Shown here piece by piece: positions 27,235 through 38,075 of a stretch of DNA of 64,000 nucleotides. This DNA comes from an uncultured Nitrospiraceae bacterium. GTDB taxonomy: Bacteria > Hydrogenedentota > Hydrogenedentia > Hydrogenedentales > SLHB01. The stretch's first letter is position 1. Each line of letters opens with the position of its first letter. Both the position numbers and the translations under genes were made by a program. The notes beneath the pieces are model-generated. The model saw only the letters and a list, made by a program, of their open reading frames with translations. It was not told the origin of the DNA and did no database searches. The stretch is from contig CAZWDH010000001.1 of assembly GCA_964632865.1 (NCBI GenBank), positions 10,106-74,105 of the forward strand. The letters are read 5' to 3'.

Positions 27235-30200
27235 ACTTCGCTCGATTCTTCATCGACCGCCCCGTTTTCGCGTCGGTACTGTCGATCGTCTTTGTCATCG
27301 TCGGCACGCTGGCGATCCTCACGCTGCCCATCGCGCAGTATCCGGAGATCGCTCCACCCACGGTCGTTGTGGCCGCGAACTACCCCGGCGCCAACGCCAA
27401 AGTCGTCGCCGACACCGTGGCCACACCCATCGAGCAGCAGGTCAACGGCGTGGAGAATATGCTTTACATGTCCAGCCAGTCCACAAACGCCGGCAGGATG
27501 ACGCTGACGGTGACATTTAGACTCGGAACGAATCTGGACATCGCGCAGGTTCAGGTTCAGAACCGCGTCGCCATCGCCGAGCCGCAACTCCCCGAAGACG
27601 TCCGCCGCCTGGGTGTTACGGTCAGAAAGTCTTCGCCCGATCTTACGCTGGCCGTGGCTCTGTACTCTCCCGATAGGAGTCGCGACACGCTCTACGTGAG
27701 CAACTACGCCACACTCCAGATTCGCGACGAACTGGCGCGACTTCCGGGCGTAGGCGACATCACCATCTTCGGGGCCCGCGATTATTCCATGCGCCTATGG
27801 CTCGATCCGGAGAAGCTCGCGTCACGGCGGCTGACGGCCGGAGATGTGATCAACGCCGTTCGAGAGCAAAACCTTCAAGTCGCCGCCGGCGTGGTCGGCG
27901 GCCCTCCACTTCCGCCAAAGGCCACGAAATTTCAGTACACCGTTAGCGCTCTCGGTCGCCTGACGGATCCGCAGCAGTTCGCCAACATCGTGGTGAAGAC
28001 GGGCGAAGATGGTCGAATCACTCGCGTGCGGGACGTGGCCCGCGTGGAGCTGGGTGCTGCCGATTATGACACCGATTTCGCATTCGACGGTCAGCCCGCG
28101 GTAGGGATAGGGATTTTCCAGCTTCCAGGAACAAACTCCATCGAGACCGCGAACGCAGTCTATGCCAAAATGACGGAACTCAAGGGCAGTTTCCCAGCGG
28201 GCCTGGACTACGCCATTCCGTATGACACGACGATATTCGTGCGCAGCAGCATCCGCGACGTGATATGGACGTTGTTTGAGGCCATCGGCTTGGTGGTCAT
28301 TGTCATCCTCGTTTTCCTTCAGAGTTGGCGGGCATCGCTGATCGTGCTTCTTGCTATTCCCGTGTCACTGGTCGGCACCTTCGGGGTCATGGCGGCCTTC
28401 GGATTCTCTATCAACAATCTCTCGCTTTTCGGTATTGTGCTGGCCGTCGGCATCGTCGTTGACGACGCCATCGTAGTAGTCGAGAACATCGAGCGCTGGA
28501 TCGAAGAGGGCTATGCGCCGCGCGAGGCCGCTTACAAGGCAATGGAAGAGGTCACGCCGGCCGTCATCGCCATCGCGTTCGGGCTGTCAGCCGTGTTCAT
28601 TCCCGTAGCGTTCATCGGCGGAATCACCGGCCAGTTCTACCGTCAGTTCGCCCTGACGATCTCGTTCTCTACGCTGATTTCCGCGTTTAACTCGCTGACC
28701 CTCAGCCCGGCGCTTGCGGCGCTGTTGCTGCGCCCCCGACATGGCCCCCAGGATTGGTTTAGTAGGACACTGAACGCAATTCTGGGCTGGTTCTTCCGCC
28801 TCTTCAACCGTGGACTGTCGGCGGCAACCTTTGGATATGCGGCGTCGGTGCAACGGGTCGTTCGCGTCAGCGGCCTGGCGCTCTTGGTATACGGGGGACT
28901 ACTCGGCCTGACGTACCTTGGCTTTAGGGCCGTGCCAACCGGGTTCATCCCGGCGCAGGACGCAGGTTACTTGCTAGTCAGTTTACAGATGCCCGATGCC
29001 GCCACCATCGATCGCACAGCGTCGGTGATGGCGCGGCTGGCGGACTTCGCCCGCAAGGTTCCCGGCGTAGAGCATTCATTCGCCGTCTCCGGCTTCTCCA
29101 TGCTCAACCGCGTCAACCAGACCAATGCAGGAACAATGTTCCTGAACCTTAAGGATTTCGACAGCCGCGCACGCGATCCGGGTCAAACCAGCGACGCCAT
29201 CCAAGCGCGACTGATGGGTGAATACCGCCGCGTGCAGGAGGGGTCCGCTCTCGTGTTGGAACCACCCCCGGTAAGGGGAGTAGGAAACGCCGGCGGCTTC
29301 AAGATGCAAGTGCAGGACCGTACCGGTCGCTCGTCCTCCCAGCAACTACAGGCTGCCGCCGATCGGCTCACTGCGGAGGCAGCTGCGAATCCACAGCTGA
29401 ACTCACTGCTGTCCACGTTTCGCGCCAACGTCCCGCAGCTCTTCGCCAACGTCGATCGAACCAAGGTGAAAATGCAGGACGTGCCGGTTACGGGTGTGTT
29501 CGAGGCTCTTCAGGTTTACCTCGGGAGTCTCTATATCAATGACTTTAATTTTCTCGGCCGGACATACCGTGTGACGGCACAGGCCGACGCGCCGTTCCGT
29601 GCCACCGCCGCCGAAGTCACGCGGCTCAAAACGCGAAACCGGGCTGGCGAGATGGTTCCGCTGGGTGCCGTGCTCGACATTGAAGATATCGCCGGACCGG
29701 ATCGAATCAACCGTTACAACCTGTACCAATCCGCCGACATCATTGGGAACACAGCGCCCGGCGTGAGTAGCGGACAGGGCATCGCCATCATGGAAGACCT
29801 CGCGCGGGAGACTCTGCCGCTGGGTTACGGGTTCGAATGGACCGAGCTCTCTTATCAGGAAAAGCTGGCTGGAAGCACGGCGTTCCTGATTTTCCCTTTG
29901 TGCGTGCTGTTCGTGTGGCTGGTCCACTCCGCGGAATACGAGAGCTTCGCTCTGTCCACGGCGATTATCCTAATCGTCCCGATGTGCCTTCTGAGCGGAA
30001 TCGCTGGCGTGTGGCTGCGCGGGATGGACAACAACATCTTCACCCAGATCGGCTTCGTGGTGCTGGCGGGTCTGAGCGCCAAGAACGCCGTGCTGATCGT
30101 GGAGTTCGCCAAGCAACAGGAGGAGAAGGGCCTGAGCACCTTCGACGCGGTGGTCGAGGCCGCTCGGCTGCGTTTCCGGCCGATCCTGATGACCAGCTTC

Positions 30201-30395
30201 GCGTTCATTCTCGGCGTCGTACCGCTGGTTCTGGCTCGGGGCGCGGGGGCTGAGATGCGACAAGCACTGGGAACCGTCGTCTTTTTCGGAATGTTGGGCG
30301 TGACGTTATTTGGCCTGTTCCTCACGCCGGTGTTCTACTACGTCATTCGCCGGTTCACGGCGCATAGGTATCCGGTGGGTTCAGAACGGAGTTGA
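27231..30395 (+). CDS. RND multidrug efflux permease (AcrB/HAE1 family).
   Basis: [70 protein letters not shown]; 1054 aa with 12 TM topology. Confidence 0.95.
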   Translation: [1054 protein letters not shown]

Positions 30396-30461
30396 TCGAA
30401 CGATGCATGGCAGGGAAACCCAGACGCTTGTTTCGAGCGAGTTTGATGCTTGTTCTTGATA

Positions 30462-30562
30462 AATGAGACCGCTCGACACTCGAAGGGTTCGGCTATTTCG
30501 GATATCATCCAACCATGCACGACCTATCGTTGATTGCGACGATCGCGGCGGCATTCAGCGGG
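30462..30562. repeat. Original copy of the kefB 5' region that is repeated at 24703..24806.
   Basis: See the paired feature at 24703..24806. Confidence 0.85.
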
Positions 30563-33148
30563 GCCTGGCTCCTCGGGTTGGTCACCCAGCGGCTTGGGCT
30601 CTCGCCGATTGTGGGCTATCTGCTGGCCGGCGTGGTCATCGGACCCTACACGCCGGGGTTTGTGGGCGACCTTCACATTGCCCAGCAGTTGGCCGAGGTC
30701 GGCGCCATCCTGCTGATGTTCGGCGTCGGTCTGCATTTTCACCTGAAGGACCTGCTGGCTGTCAAGGGCGTGGCCGTACCGGGAGCCATCGGCCAGAGCC
30801 TGTTTACAACCCTACTCGCCGTGGCCGTTTTCGCCGCGTTCGACGTTCCTTTGAAAACTGGCGCCGTGATCGGCATGGCGATGTCCGTCGCCAGCACCGT
30901 CGTGCTTATCCGCGTGTTGATGGATGCCGACGTGCTGGCATCACCCCAAGGCCACATCGCCGTTGGGTGGCTGATCGTGGAGGACATCTTCACGGTTATC
31001 CTTTTGGTGCTGATTCCCGTGCTTGGTGAAGTACCTAACGATGAGGAACTTGCCAAGGCAGCGCACGTTTTGGCCTTCTTGCCCACGCTAGGTTTGGCTT
31101 TCTTGAAGTTGGGTGCCTTGGTTGCCATCGTCTTGCTGGCCGGTCCACGCGTCATTCCCTGGGTCCTGGTCCGAGTGGCACGACTTCGTTCGCGAGAATT
31201 GTTCACGCTGACTGTTCTGGTGTTCTCGATCGCGATCGCGGCAGGTTCGTACTTTTTCTTCGGCGCCTCGATGGCCCTTGGCGCGTTCCTCGCAGGCACG
31301 GTGGTGGCTCAGTCGCCGGTCAGCCACCAAGCCGCCGCCGATGCACTTCCACTGCGGGACGCATTCGCCGTCCTCTTCTTCGTCGCGGTGGGGATGCTCT
31401 TTGACCCGGGGTTCCTGGTGCAGCAACCGCTCATGGTGGCCGCTGCTCTCGGAATCATCCTGCTGGCCAAGCCCCTTACCGCGCTCGCCATTGTTGCCCT
31501 GCTCGGGCATTCGTCGAGAACCGCATTCACTGTCGCCATCGGACTGGCGCAGATCGGCGAGTTCTCGTTCATCCTCTCTGACCTTGCACGTCGGCACGGG
31601 TTGATGCCGGACGCTGGTCACAATGTACTTGTGGCCTCCGCAATCATCTCGATTACCCTGAACCCGTTGCTGTTTCGGATGCTTCCGAAGATGGAGTCGT
31701 GGCTCCAGGGTCGACCCTTTCTGTGGGAGCTTCTGAACGGTCGGGGCGAGCGGCGCATCAGAGCCACGAACTTAGTAGTCGCCCAAACTCTGGCGCGTCC
31801 TGAGAGCAATAATAGTCGCCTAGCCATCATCGTCGGCTATGGGCCCGTAGGTCGTTCCGTAGATCGGCTTCTGCAAGATGCGAATGTGGCCACAGTCGTG
31901 GTCGACCTGAACATGGACACGGTCTCCTCCTTGAATTCGGAAGGAAGGACGGCGATTTTCGGAGACGCTTCGCGAGAGGGCATACTCGAACAGGCGGGGG
32001 CCAAGCGGGCTTCACACCTGATTCTCACGCTCCCCCATTCGTCGCAACGAGCAGCCATACTCACTGCGGCGCGGAGTTTGAATCCCAGCGTGCGCGTCTT
32101 GGTGCGGGCACGGTACCTTCGGGAGCGGGAAGACCTCGAACAGGCCGGGGCCACCGCCGCGATCTTTGAGGAAGCTGAAGCAGCGGTGGCGCTTGCACGA
32201 TTGGTTCTCACCGATACCGGGGTGCACCGTGAGGCGGCGGACAAGAAAATCAACGAGTTGCGTCTCCACCTCATCATGGAGAACATTTCCAACATTCGCA
32301 CTCAGCGCGTGCGAAGCGTGATGGTGCCGTGGTCCCGTGTCCGTTGGCTGCCCACAACGGCAGACCGGGACGCGGTGTTCGCGCAGGCTTCCCAGGAGCG
32401 TTTCTCACGTTGGCCGGTTGTCGAACCGCAGACAGGACGAGTAGTTGGCTATCTACTCACGAAGGATCTGATCGCGTATACGGCGGATTCAGATTGGTCG
32501 GGCCTCGTACGCCCGCTCAAGGCGATTCAACAGGACGACACGATCGAGTCCGCCTTGACGAGTATGCAGAGCGAGGAGGCCTCGGTGTATTTGGTCGAGG
32601 ACGGCCAACGACCTGTTGGGCTCATCACTTTGGAGGACATCCTCGAACAGGTGGTCGGTCAAATCGAGGACGAATACCCGCACGAAGCGCCTGTCTCACT
32701 GCCCGACGCCTTGGCCAGAGGTCGAATTGTGCTTCAACTTGCTGCGACCTCCCGCGACGGGATCCTTCGTGAGCTCGCCGCAACGATTCCAGTAAGGACC
32801 CTCCCAGCGAACGTGAGTGTCAAGCAAATCGCCAGCCTTGCCATCGCACGGGAAGAGGAACTCTCTACGAACCTCGGCAACGGGGTCGCGGTCCCTCACG
32901 TTCGTTGCCCAAACCTCGCCGCGCCGATTGTCGTGTTCGGACGAAGCCCTTCGGGGGTTGCTTTCTCGCCTGGGTCGGAATTGGTTCGTCTGGTTTTCCT
33001 GATCGTCACGCCAGAAGAACAGCCCGAAACGCAACTCGCTCTGCTTGGCCAAGTGGCGCGGGTCGGCGGCGAGCAATCGACTCGCGAATCATTGATGCTG
33101 GCTACGTCGGACCAAGAGATTCAGAGCGTATTCCGTGGGCCTCCCTAA
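30515..33148 (+). CDS. CPA2-family cation:proton antiporter (KefB-like) fused to RCK/TrkA-N, a CBS pair and a PTS-EIIA type-2 (PtsN-like) regulatory domain.
   Basis: TM domain 1-400. GYGPVGRSVDRLL Rossmann (TrkA-N) ~aa 440-560. CBS pair ~aa 600-720. C-terminal EIIA-2-like domain (VAVPHVRCPNLAAPIVVFGRS). Confidence 0.82.
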   Translation: MHDLSLIATIAAAFSGAWLLGLVTQRLGLSPIVGYLLAGVVIGPYTPGFVGDLHIAQQLAEVGAILLMFGVGLHFHLKDLLAVKGVAVPGAIGQSLFTTLLAVAVFAAFDVPLKTGAVIGMAMSVASTVVLIRVLMDADVLASPQGHIAVGWLIVEDIFTVILLVLIPVLGEVPNDEELAKAAHVLAFLPTLGLAFLKLGALVAIVLLAGPRVIPWVLVRVARLRSRELFTLTVLVFSIAIAAGSYFFFGASMALGAFLAGTVVAQSPVSHQAAADALPLRDAFAVLFFVAVGMLFDPGFLVQQPLMVAAALGIILLAKPLTALAIVALLGHSSRTAFTVAIGLAQIGEFSFILSDLARRHGLMPDAGHNVLVASAIISITLNPLLFRMLPKMESWLQGRPFLWELLNGRGERRIRATNLVVAQTLARPESNNSRLAIIVGYGPVGRSVDRLLQDANVATVVVDLNMDTVSSLNSEGRTAIFGDASREGILEQAGAKRASHLILTLPHSSQRAAILTAARSLNPSVRVLVRARYLREREDLEQAGATAAIFEEAEAAVALARLVLTDTGVHREAADKKINELRLHLIMENISNIRTQRVRSVMVPWSRVRWLPTTADRDAVFAQASQERFSRWPVVEPQTGRVVGYLLTKDLIAYTADSDWSGLVRPLKAIQQDDTIESALTSMQSEEASVYLVEDGQRPVGLITLEDILEQVVGQIEDEYPHEAPVSLPDALARGRIVLQLAATSRDGILRELAATIPVRTLPANVSVKQIASLAIAREEELSTNLGNGVAVPHVRCPNLAAPIVVFGRSPSGVAFSPGSELVRLVFLIVTPEEQPETQLALLGQVARVGGEQSTRESLMLATSDQEIQSVFRGPP

Positions 33149-33182
33149 GGCCGAGGCTTTGATGCCGGTGAATTGCCCGCCA

Positions 33183-33893
33183 TCATTCAAGAGGTAGACC
33201 TCGCCCGGTTTGCGCGTCCTCGTCCGACACATGAAAGACTGGAAGCCGGAGCCGCCACCAGATAGCGGCCATGCGCAGCCCTGCCACCACCGCCATGCCT
33301 GCGAGCGCCGACGGTGTACGCTCCATCCCGGCGGCCTGCAACAACAGATAGGCCGTGGCCCCGACGATCGCCGCGGTCGCGTACAGGTCCGTCTGGTGCA
33401 ACAGCAGCGGAACCTCGCCGCTGAGCACGTCGCGGAGCAACCCTCCTGCCGACCCGGTCATCGTGCCCATGACCACTACCATGAGGGCGGGCAGGTTCCG
33501 TACCTCCGCGACCTGGGCGCCGCTGATCGTGAACAGAGCCAATCCCATGGCGTCGGCTAAAAGCAACGAGGTCCGCGGCGGCTTGTGGAAGCGCACGTAA
33601 AGGAGCGTCAGCGCGGCAGCGGCAAGGATGACGAGCAGATAAGTCTGGTCTTTGATCCAGAAGACCGGATGCCGATTGAGCAGGACGTCACGGGTCGTGC
33701 CGCCGCCAATAGCCGTAACGGTGGCGATGACGGCGACCCCCAATAAGTCGAAGCGCTTGCGCCCGGCCGCTATGGCGCCGCTCACCGCAAACACGGCGAC
33801 CCCAAGCAGGTCGAGCAGGTAAAGAACGCTGTTGTCTTGGTCCAGGCCGATCAGAGGCTGAAACATGATCATCGTACCGCGAAATGATCGCAT
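33183..33893 (-). CDS. UPF0126 (YadS/YicG-type, TRIC-like) duplicated-domain membrane protein.
   Basis: Two repeats with [11 protein letters not shown] / [10 protein letters not shown] glycine-rich motifs. Confidence 0.8.
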   Translation of the reverse strand: MRSFRGTMIMFQPLIGLDQDNSVLYLLDLLGVAVFAVSGAIAAGRKRFDLLGVAVIATVTAIGGGTTRDVLLNRHPVFWIKDQTYLLVILAAAALTLLYVRFHKPPRTSLLLADAMGLALFTISGAQVAEVRNLPALMVVVMGTMTGSAGGLLRDVLSGEVPLLLHQTDLYATAAIVGATAYLLLQAAGMERTPSALAGMAVVAGLRMAAIWWRLRLPVFHVSDEDAQTGRGLPLE

Positions 33894-33903
33894 GAGGGCG
33901 TCA

Positions 33904-34470
33904 TCAGGCGCGCTTCTCCCGCAGCGCCCGAAGCGCGCCGCCCCAGGCGACGAGTTGGTCGAGCATCTGGTTGACCGACTTCTCGTGGTACGGGGCCGGC
34001 TTGAAGGTGGTGAAGTTCTCGAAGTCAGTGATGAGCGAGAGCGCGACCTGGTTGCGCACGGTGGCGACCTGCACCTCAGCCATCACCAGCCGCAAGTGTT
34101 CCACTGCGCGTGCTCCACCTGCGCTTCCATAGCCGACGAAACCGGCTGCCTTGTTGTTCCACTCGGCGAACAGGAAATCAATCGCGTTCTTGAGCGCGCC
34201 GGAGGTACTGTGATTGTATTCCGGGGTCACGAAGACGTACCCATCGAAGGAAGCGACCTTCGCCGCCCATTTCTTCGCGTGCTCCTTGGAGTACTTGCCC
34301 TGAGACGGAGGGATCGGCTCGTCGAGCAGCGGCAGGTTGAACTCCATGATGTCCACCAGTTCGAACTCGGCATCGATGCGCTTCTGCGCGATCCCGTAAA
34401 CCCACTTGCCGACCGAGTCGCCGACGCGCCCCGGACGGGTGCTCCCGATGATAATCGCTACCTTAATCAT
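33904..34470 (-). CDS. NAD(P)H-dependent FMN reductase (flavodoxin-like fold, ArsH/ChrR/YieF family).
   Basis: [17 protein letters not shown]...[23 protein letters not shown]. Confidence 0.85.
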   Translation of the reverse strand: MIKVAIIIGSTRPGRVGDSVGKWVYGIAQKRIDAEFELVDIMEFNLPLLDEPIPPSQGKYSKEHAKKWAAKVASFDGYVFVTPEYNHSTSGALKNAIDFLFAEWNNKAAGFVGYGSAGGARAVEHLRLVMAEVQVATVRNQVALSLITDFENFTTFKPAPYHEKSVNQMLDQLVAWGGALRALREKRA

Positions 34471-34522
34471 GGTCGTATCCTTCGGAAAAAGAGGCTCAGA
34501 CGGCGGTGTAGCCCAGTGCCGA

Positions 34523-36955
34523 TCACGTCAGCCGCATGCTCCTCAAGCGTAACGCGTTCACAACGACTGATACAGAGCTGAAACTCATCGCAGCGGCGGC
34601 AAACATCGGATTCAGCAACAGATGCTCTGAAATGGGGTACAGAACGCCCGCGGCAATCGGTACGCCAAGGGCGTTGTAGATCAGGGCGAAGAACAGGTTC
34701 TGACGAATGTTCCGCATCGTGTGGCGACTGAGCCTCAGCGCCTTCACAATGCCCCGCAGATCGCCTTTGACCAGCGTGACGCCGGACGATTCAATCGCCA
34801 CGTCGGTCCCGGTCCCCATCGCGATACCGACATCGGCCTCGGCTAAGGCAGGAGCGTCGTTGATACCGTCGCCTGCCATTGCCACCTTGTGTCCTTCGGC
34901 TCGCAGGCCCTTGACCCGTTCGTGCTTTTCTTCCGGTCTGACTCCACCGTGGAACTCGTCTATCCCCAGCTTTCCGGCGACGACTCTGGCCGTCTTCTCG
35001 TTGTCCCCGGTAAGCATGATGATTCGCAGCCCCAACTCATGCAGCGCCCGCACCGCCTCCTGCGTGGAGGACTTGATTGGGTCGGAAACGGCCACGAGTC
35101 CGGCGAAATGCCCGCCTACGGCGACGAACATCACGGTGTGACCTTGCCGCTGCAGCTCTTCGGCCCGGTCGTCCAGGGCGGCGAGGTCCTGTACGCCTCT
35201 GTCCGCGAGCAGCAACCGCTTGCCAACCAGAACCGCTTTGCCTTCGACCGTCCCCTGAACGCCGCCTCCGGTCACGGAGTCAAACCCTTCCACGGTCGGG
35301 AGGGTGAGGCCGCGATCGTTGGTCCCCGCGACGATGGCATGCGCCAGGGGATGCTCGCTATTTCGCTCGACGGCGGCGGCCAGACGAAGCAGTTCTTCCT
35401 CCAACCAGGGCGAGACGGGACGGCATTCGGACAGCTTCGTTCGGCCTTCCGTCAGCGTGCCGGTCTTATCCACGACGAGCGTATCGACCTTCTCCAGCAC
35501 TTCCAGCACCTCGGCGTTCTTGATGAGGACGCCTTCCTTCGCCCCGCGGCCAATGCCGACCATGATCGACATCGGTGTGGCGAGGCCGAGGGCGCAGGGG
35601 CAGGCGATGATCAGGACGGCCACCGCGTTGACGAGGGCCCACGCCAGGGCGGGCTGTTCCGGCGCGGCGATGGCCCACACCAGGAAGGTAATGGCGGCGA
35701 TTACCACGACGGCGGGCACGAAATACCCCGCCACGACGTCGGCGACTTTTTGGATCGGCGCTCGGCTCCGCTGCGCGTCGGCCACCAGGTTCACGATCTG
35801 CGACAGAACCGTGTCCTGGCCGACCTTCTCAGCCACCATCAGGAAGGAGCCAGTTTGGTTGACCGTCCCACCGATCACGGGGTCGTCCTTGCTCTTCTCC
35901 ACCGGCATTGGTTCGCCGGTTAGCATGGATTCATCAACGGTGCTCTTGCCTTCCGTGAGCTTGCCGTCCACCGCGATCTTCTCGCCGGGCCGTACGCGCA
36001 GGATGTCGCCCCGGTGGACCTCTTCCAGCGGTACTTCCCGTTCCTTACCTTCGCGCACGACGCGGGCTGTGGGCGGGACCAGCGAAAGCAGTTCCCGAAT
36101 AGCGGCCCCGGTGCGGCGCCTGGCGCGCAACTCCAGCACTTGTCCCAGCAGGACCAGCGTGATGATGACTGCTGCCGCCTCGAAGTTGACCTCCACCGTT
36201 CCGTGGTGCCGAAAGTTTTCCGGGATGAGCCACGGAAACAGGACGGCGACGAAACTGTAGAGGTAGGCCGCCCCCGTGCCGAGGGCGATGAGCGTGAACA
36301 TGTTGAGGTTCCAGGTGGCGACGGACCTCCAGCCGCGCTCGAAAAAGGGCCAGCCACACCAGAGAACCACGGGCGTACTTAGAATCAGTTGCAGCCACGA
36401 ATTCAGCCGCGCTCCGAGCCATCGGCCCACGGGGACGCCGAGCATCGGCAGCATGGCGAGCAGCAGGACGGGCAAGGTCAAAGCGACAGCGACCCAAAAC
36501 CGGAGGGTCATGCTCCGCAGTTCCGAGTCGTCCTCTTCACTTTCCGGTTGGGCGGTCTTCGGCTCCAAATCCATGCCGCACTTCGGGCACGCTCCCGGTC
36601 CCTCCTGCTCGATTTCCGGGTGCATCGGACAGGTGTAGATGACCTTCTGCCATGCCGCTGCGGGCCGTGCGGGTTCCAAGACCATGCCGCACTTCGGGCA
36701 GTTCCCCGGCTTGTCGCTCTCGACTCCCGCGCACATCGGGCAGACGAATATGCGCGCCCCCTGTTGCTTTTTCCGGGGCACCGGTTCGTGATGAGTGTGG
36801 TCATGTTCAAAGTGCTTTGCGGAGCCTGGCGCGCCATCGGCGAGAAACTTCTGGCGACAATGCTCGCTGCAAAAGTAAACGGTCTGACCGTCCCGCTCGG
36901 CGCGGCGCGTGGTCGCTTCATCGACGGTCATGCCGCAAATGGGGTCGATTGCCAT
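34523..36955 (-). CDS. copA: Heavy-metal (Cu+) P1B-type ATPase with an N-terminal YHS/TRASH domain and three CPxCG-type Cys pairs.
   Basis: CPC ([13 protein letters not shown]), [17 protein letters not shown] (HP), [12 protein letters not shown]-terminal [51 protein letters not shown]. Confidence 0.92.
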   Translation of the reverse strand: MAIDPICGMTVDEATTRRAERDGQTVYFCSEHCRQKFLADGAPGSAKHFEHDHTHHEPVPRKKQQGARIFVCPMCAGVESDKPGNCPKCGMVLEPARPAAAWQKVIYTCPMHPEIEQEGPGACPKCGMDLEPKTAQPESEEDDSELRSMTLRFWVAVALTLPVLLLAMLPMLGVPVGRWLGARLNSWLQLILSTPVVLWCGWPFFERGWRSVATWNLNMFTLIALGTGAAYLYSFVAVLFPWLIPENFRHHGTVEVNFEAAAVIITLVLLGQVLELRARRRTGAAIRELLSLVPPTARVVREGKEREVPLEEVHRGDILRVRPGEKIAVDGKLTEGKSTVDESMLTGEPMPVEKSKDDPVIGGTVNQTGSFLMVAEKVGQDTVLSQIVNLVADAQRSRAPIQKVADVVAGYFVPAVVVIAAITFLVWAIAAPEQPALAWALVNAVAVLIIACPCALGLATPMSIMVGIGRGAKEGVLIKNAEVLEVLEKVDTLVVDKTGTLTEGRTKLSECRPVSPWLEEELLRLAAAVERNSEHPLAHAIVAGTNDRGLTLPTVEGFDSVTGGGVQGTVEGKAVLVGKRLLLADRGVQDLAALDDRAEELQRQGHTVMFVAVGGHFAGLVAVSDPIKSSTQEAVRALHELGLRIIMLTGDNEKTARVVAGKLGIDEFHGGVRPEEKHERVKGLRAEGHKVAMAGDGINDAPALAEADVGIAMGTGTDVAIESSGVTLVKGDLRGIVKALRLSRHTMRNIRQNLFFALIYNALGVPIAAGVLYPISEHLLLNPMFAAAAMSFSSVSVVVNALRLRSMRLT

Positions 36956-37349
36956 GTCGGTCTTACCTCATTGGCGATGATCGCCAAGCCCGCCAACATC
37001 AGCCACTGGCCGGCATCGTCCACGGCGGTGTTCTCGGCTCGTCCAGCCGCAGCTGTCCGGTCGTGCACTCGGACACATCCTGCCGTGGCGGGGATTCCAC
37101 CATAGTTCGAGCGGTCTTGCCAGCTTCCACCGTTGCTGGGAAGGTTTGCTATGTTCTCTCACGCATCAACTCCTCCAAGTTCAGGGGGTCGCTGGTCATC
37201 GCGATGTTCCCGCGCGCGTCGCGGGGCCATTCGTGCTCCGGGCGGTCGCGCTAGAGCTCGACGCCGTTGCCGTCCGGATCGCGCAGAAGTCTGCAGTGTG
37301 CCTAACGCTGCGGCGTTCAAGAAGGCCGGGCAGTGAGGAGGAAGTCATC

Positions 37350-38075
37350 TTGGCTCCCCAACAAGACGAACGTACCCACTTGCTTGAAAACGTCCCCCTT
37401 TTCCGCGGGCTGGATGCTCAAGGGCTGATCGAGGTCATGGCGGCCGCACGGCGCATCGAGCGCAAGCGTGATACGACGTTCTTCAGGCAAAGCCAAGAGG
37501 CGACACGCCACTTCGTAGTGTTGGACGGGCGGGTCAAGATCAGCCAAATCACTGCGGACGGACACCAGATCGTCGTTCGGTACGCCGGACCGGGGGCGTT
37601 GTTCGGGTGCGTTCCGCTTTTCGGAGGCGATGTCTATCCGGGGACCGCGACCGCCGTGGCCGATTGCACCGCGCTATCCTGGGATCGGCTGACCAGCACG
37701 AGGCTGATGGAGCGGTATCCGCGCGTGGCGATCAATGCTCTGAAACACCTGGGCGAGGAATTGGCTGATTTACGCAGGCGGTATCAAGAGTTGACAAGCC
37801 AGCGTGTCGAGCAGCGCGTAGTCCGGGCTCTTTTGCGTCTTGTCGGGCAGGCAGGTAAACGGGTCGAAGACGGCGTACTCATCGGCTTCCCGCTCTCCCG
37901 TCAGGACCTGGCCGAGCTGACGGGTACGACGCTGCATACGGTCAGTCGAATCCTGAGTGCGTGGGAGCAGAACGGCCTGATTTCATCGGGCCGACGACGT
38001 GTCGTCATCCGGAAACCGCACGATCTGGTCGCGATTGCCGAGGACCTGGGCGTCGGCGGGGGCATGAAAGGATGA
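37350..38075 (+). CDS. Crp/Fnr-family transcriptional regulator (cNMP-binding plus HTH). TTG start at 37350 preceded by GAGGAGG.
   Basis: LENVPLFRGLDAQGL...FFRQSQEATRHFVVLDGRVKIS (cNMP-binding fold); C-terminal HTH SRQDLAELTGTTLHTVSRILSAWEQNGLI. Confidence 0.8.
   Translation: MAPQQDERTHLLENVPLFRGLDAQGLIEVMAAARRIERKRDTTFFRQSQEATRHFVVLDGRVKISQITADGHQIVVRYAGPGALFGCVPLFGGDVYPGTATAVADCTALSWDRLTSTRLMERYPRVAINALKHLGEELADLRRRYQELTSQRVEQRVVRALLRLVGQAGKRVEDGVLIGFPLSRQDLAELTGTTLHTVSRILSAWEQNGLISSGRRRVVIRKPHDLVAIAEDLGVGGGMKG

Noticed and set aside
34889-36260. Plus-strand ORFs of 344 and 318 aa.
   Set aside because: Antisense within the copA gene, which carries all the P-type ATPase motifs.
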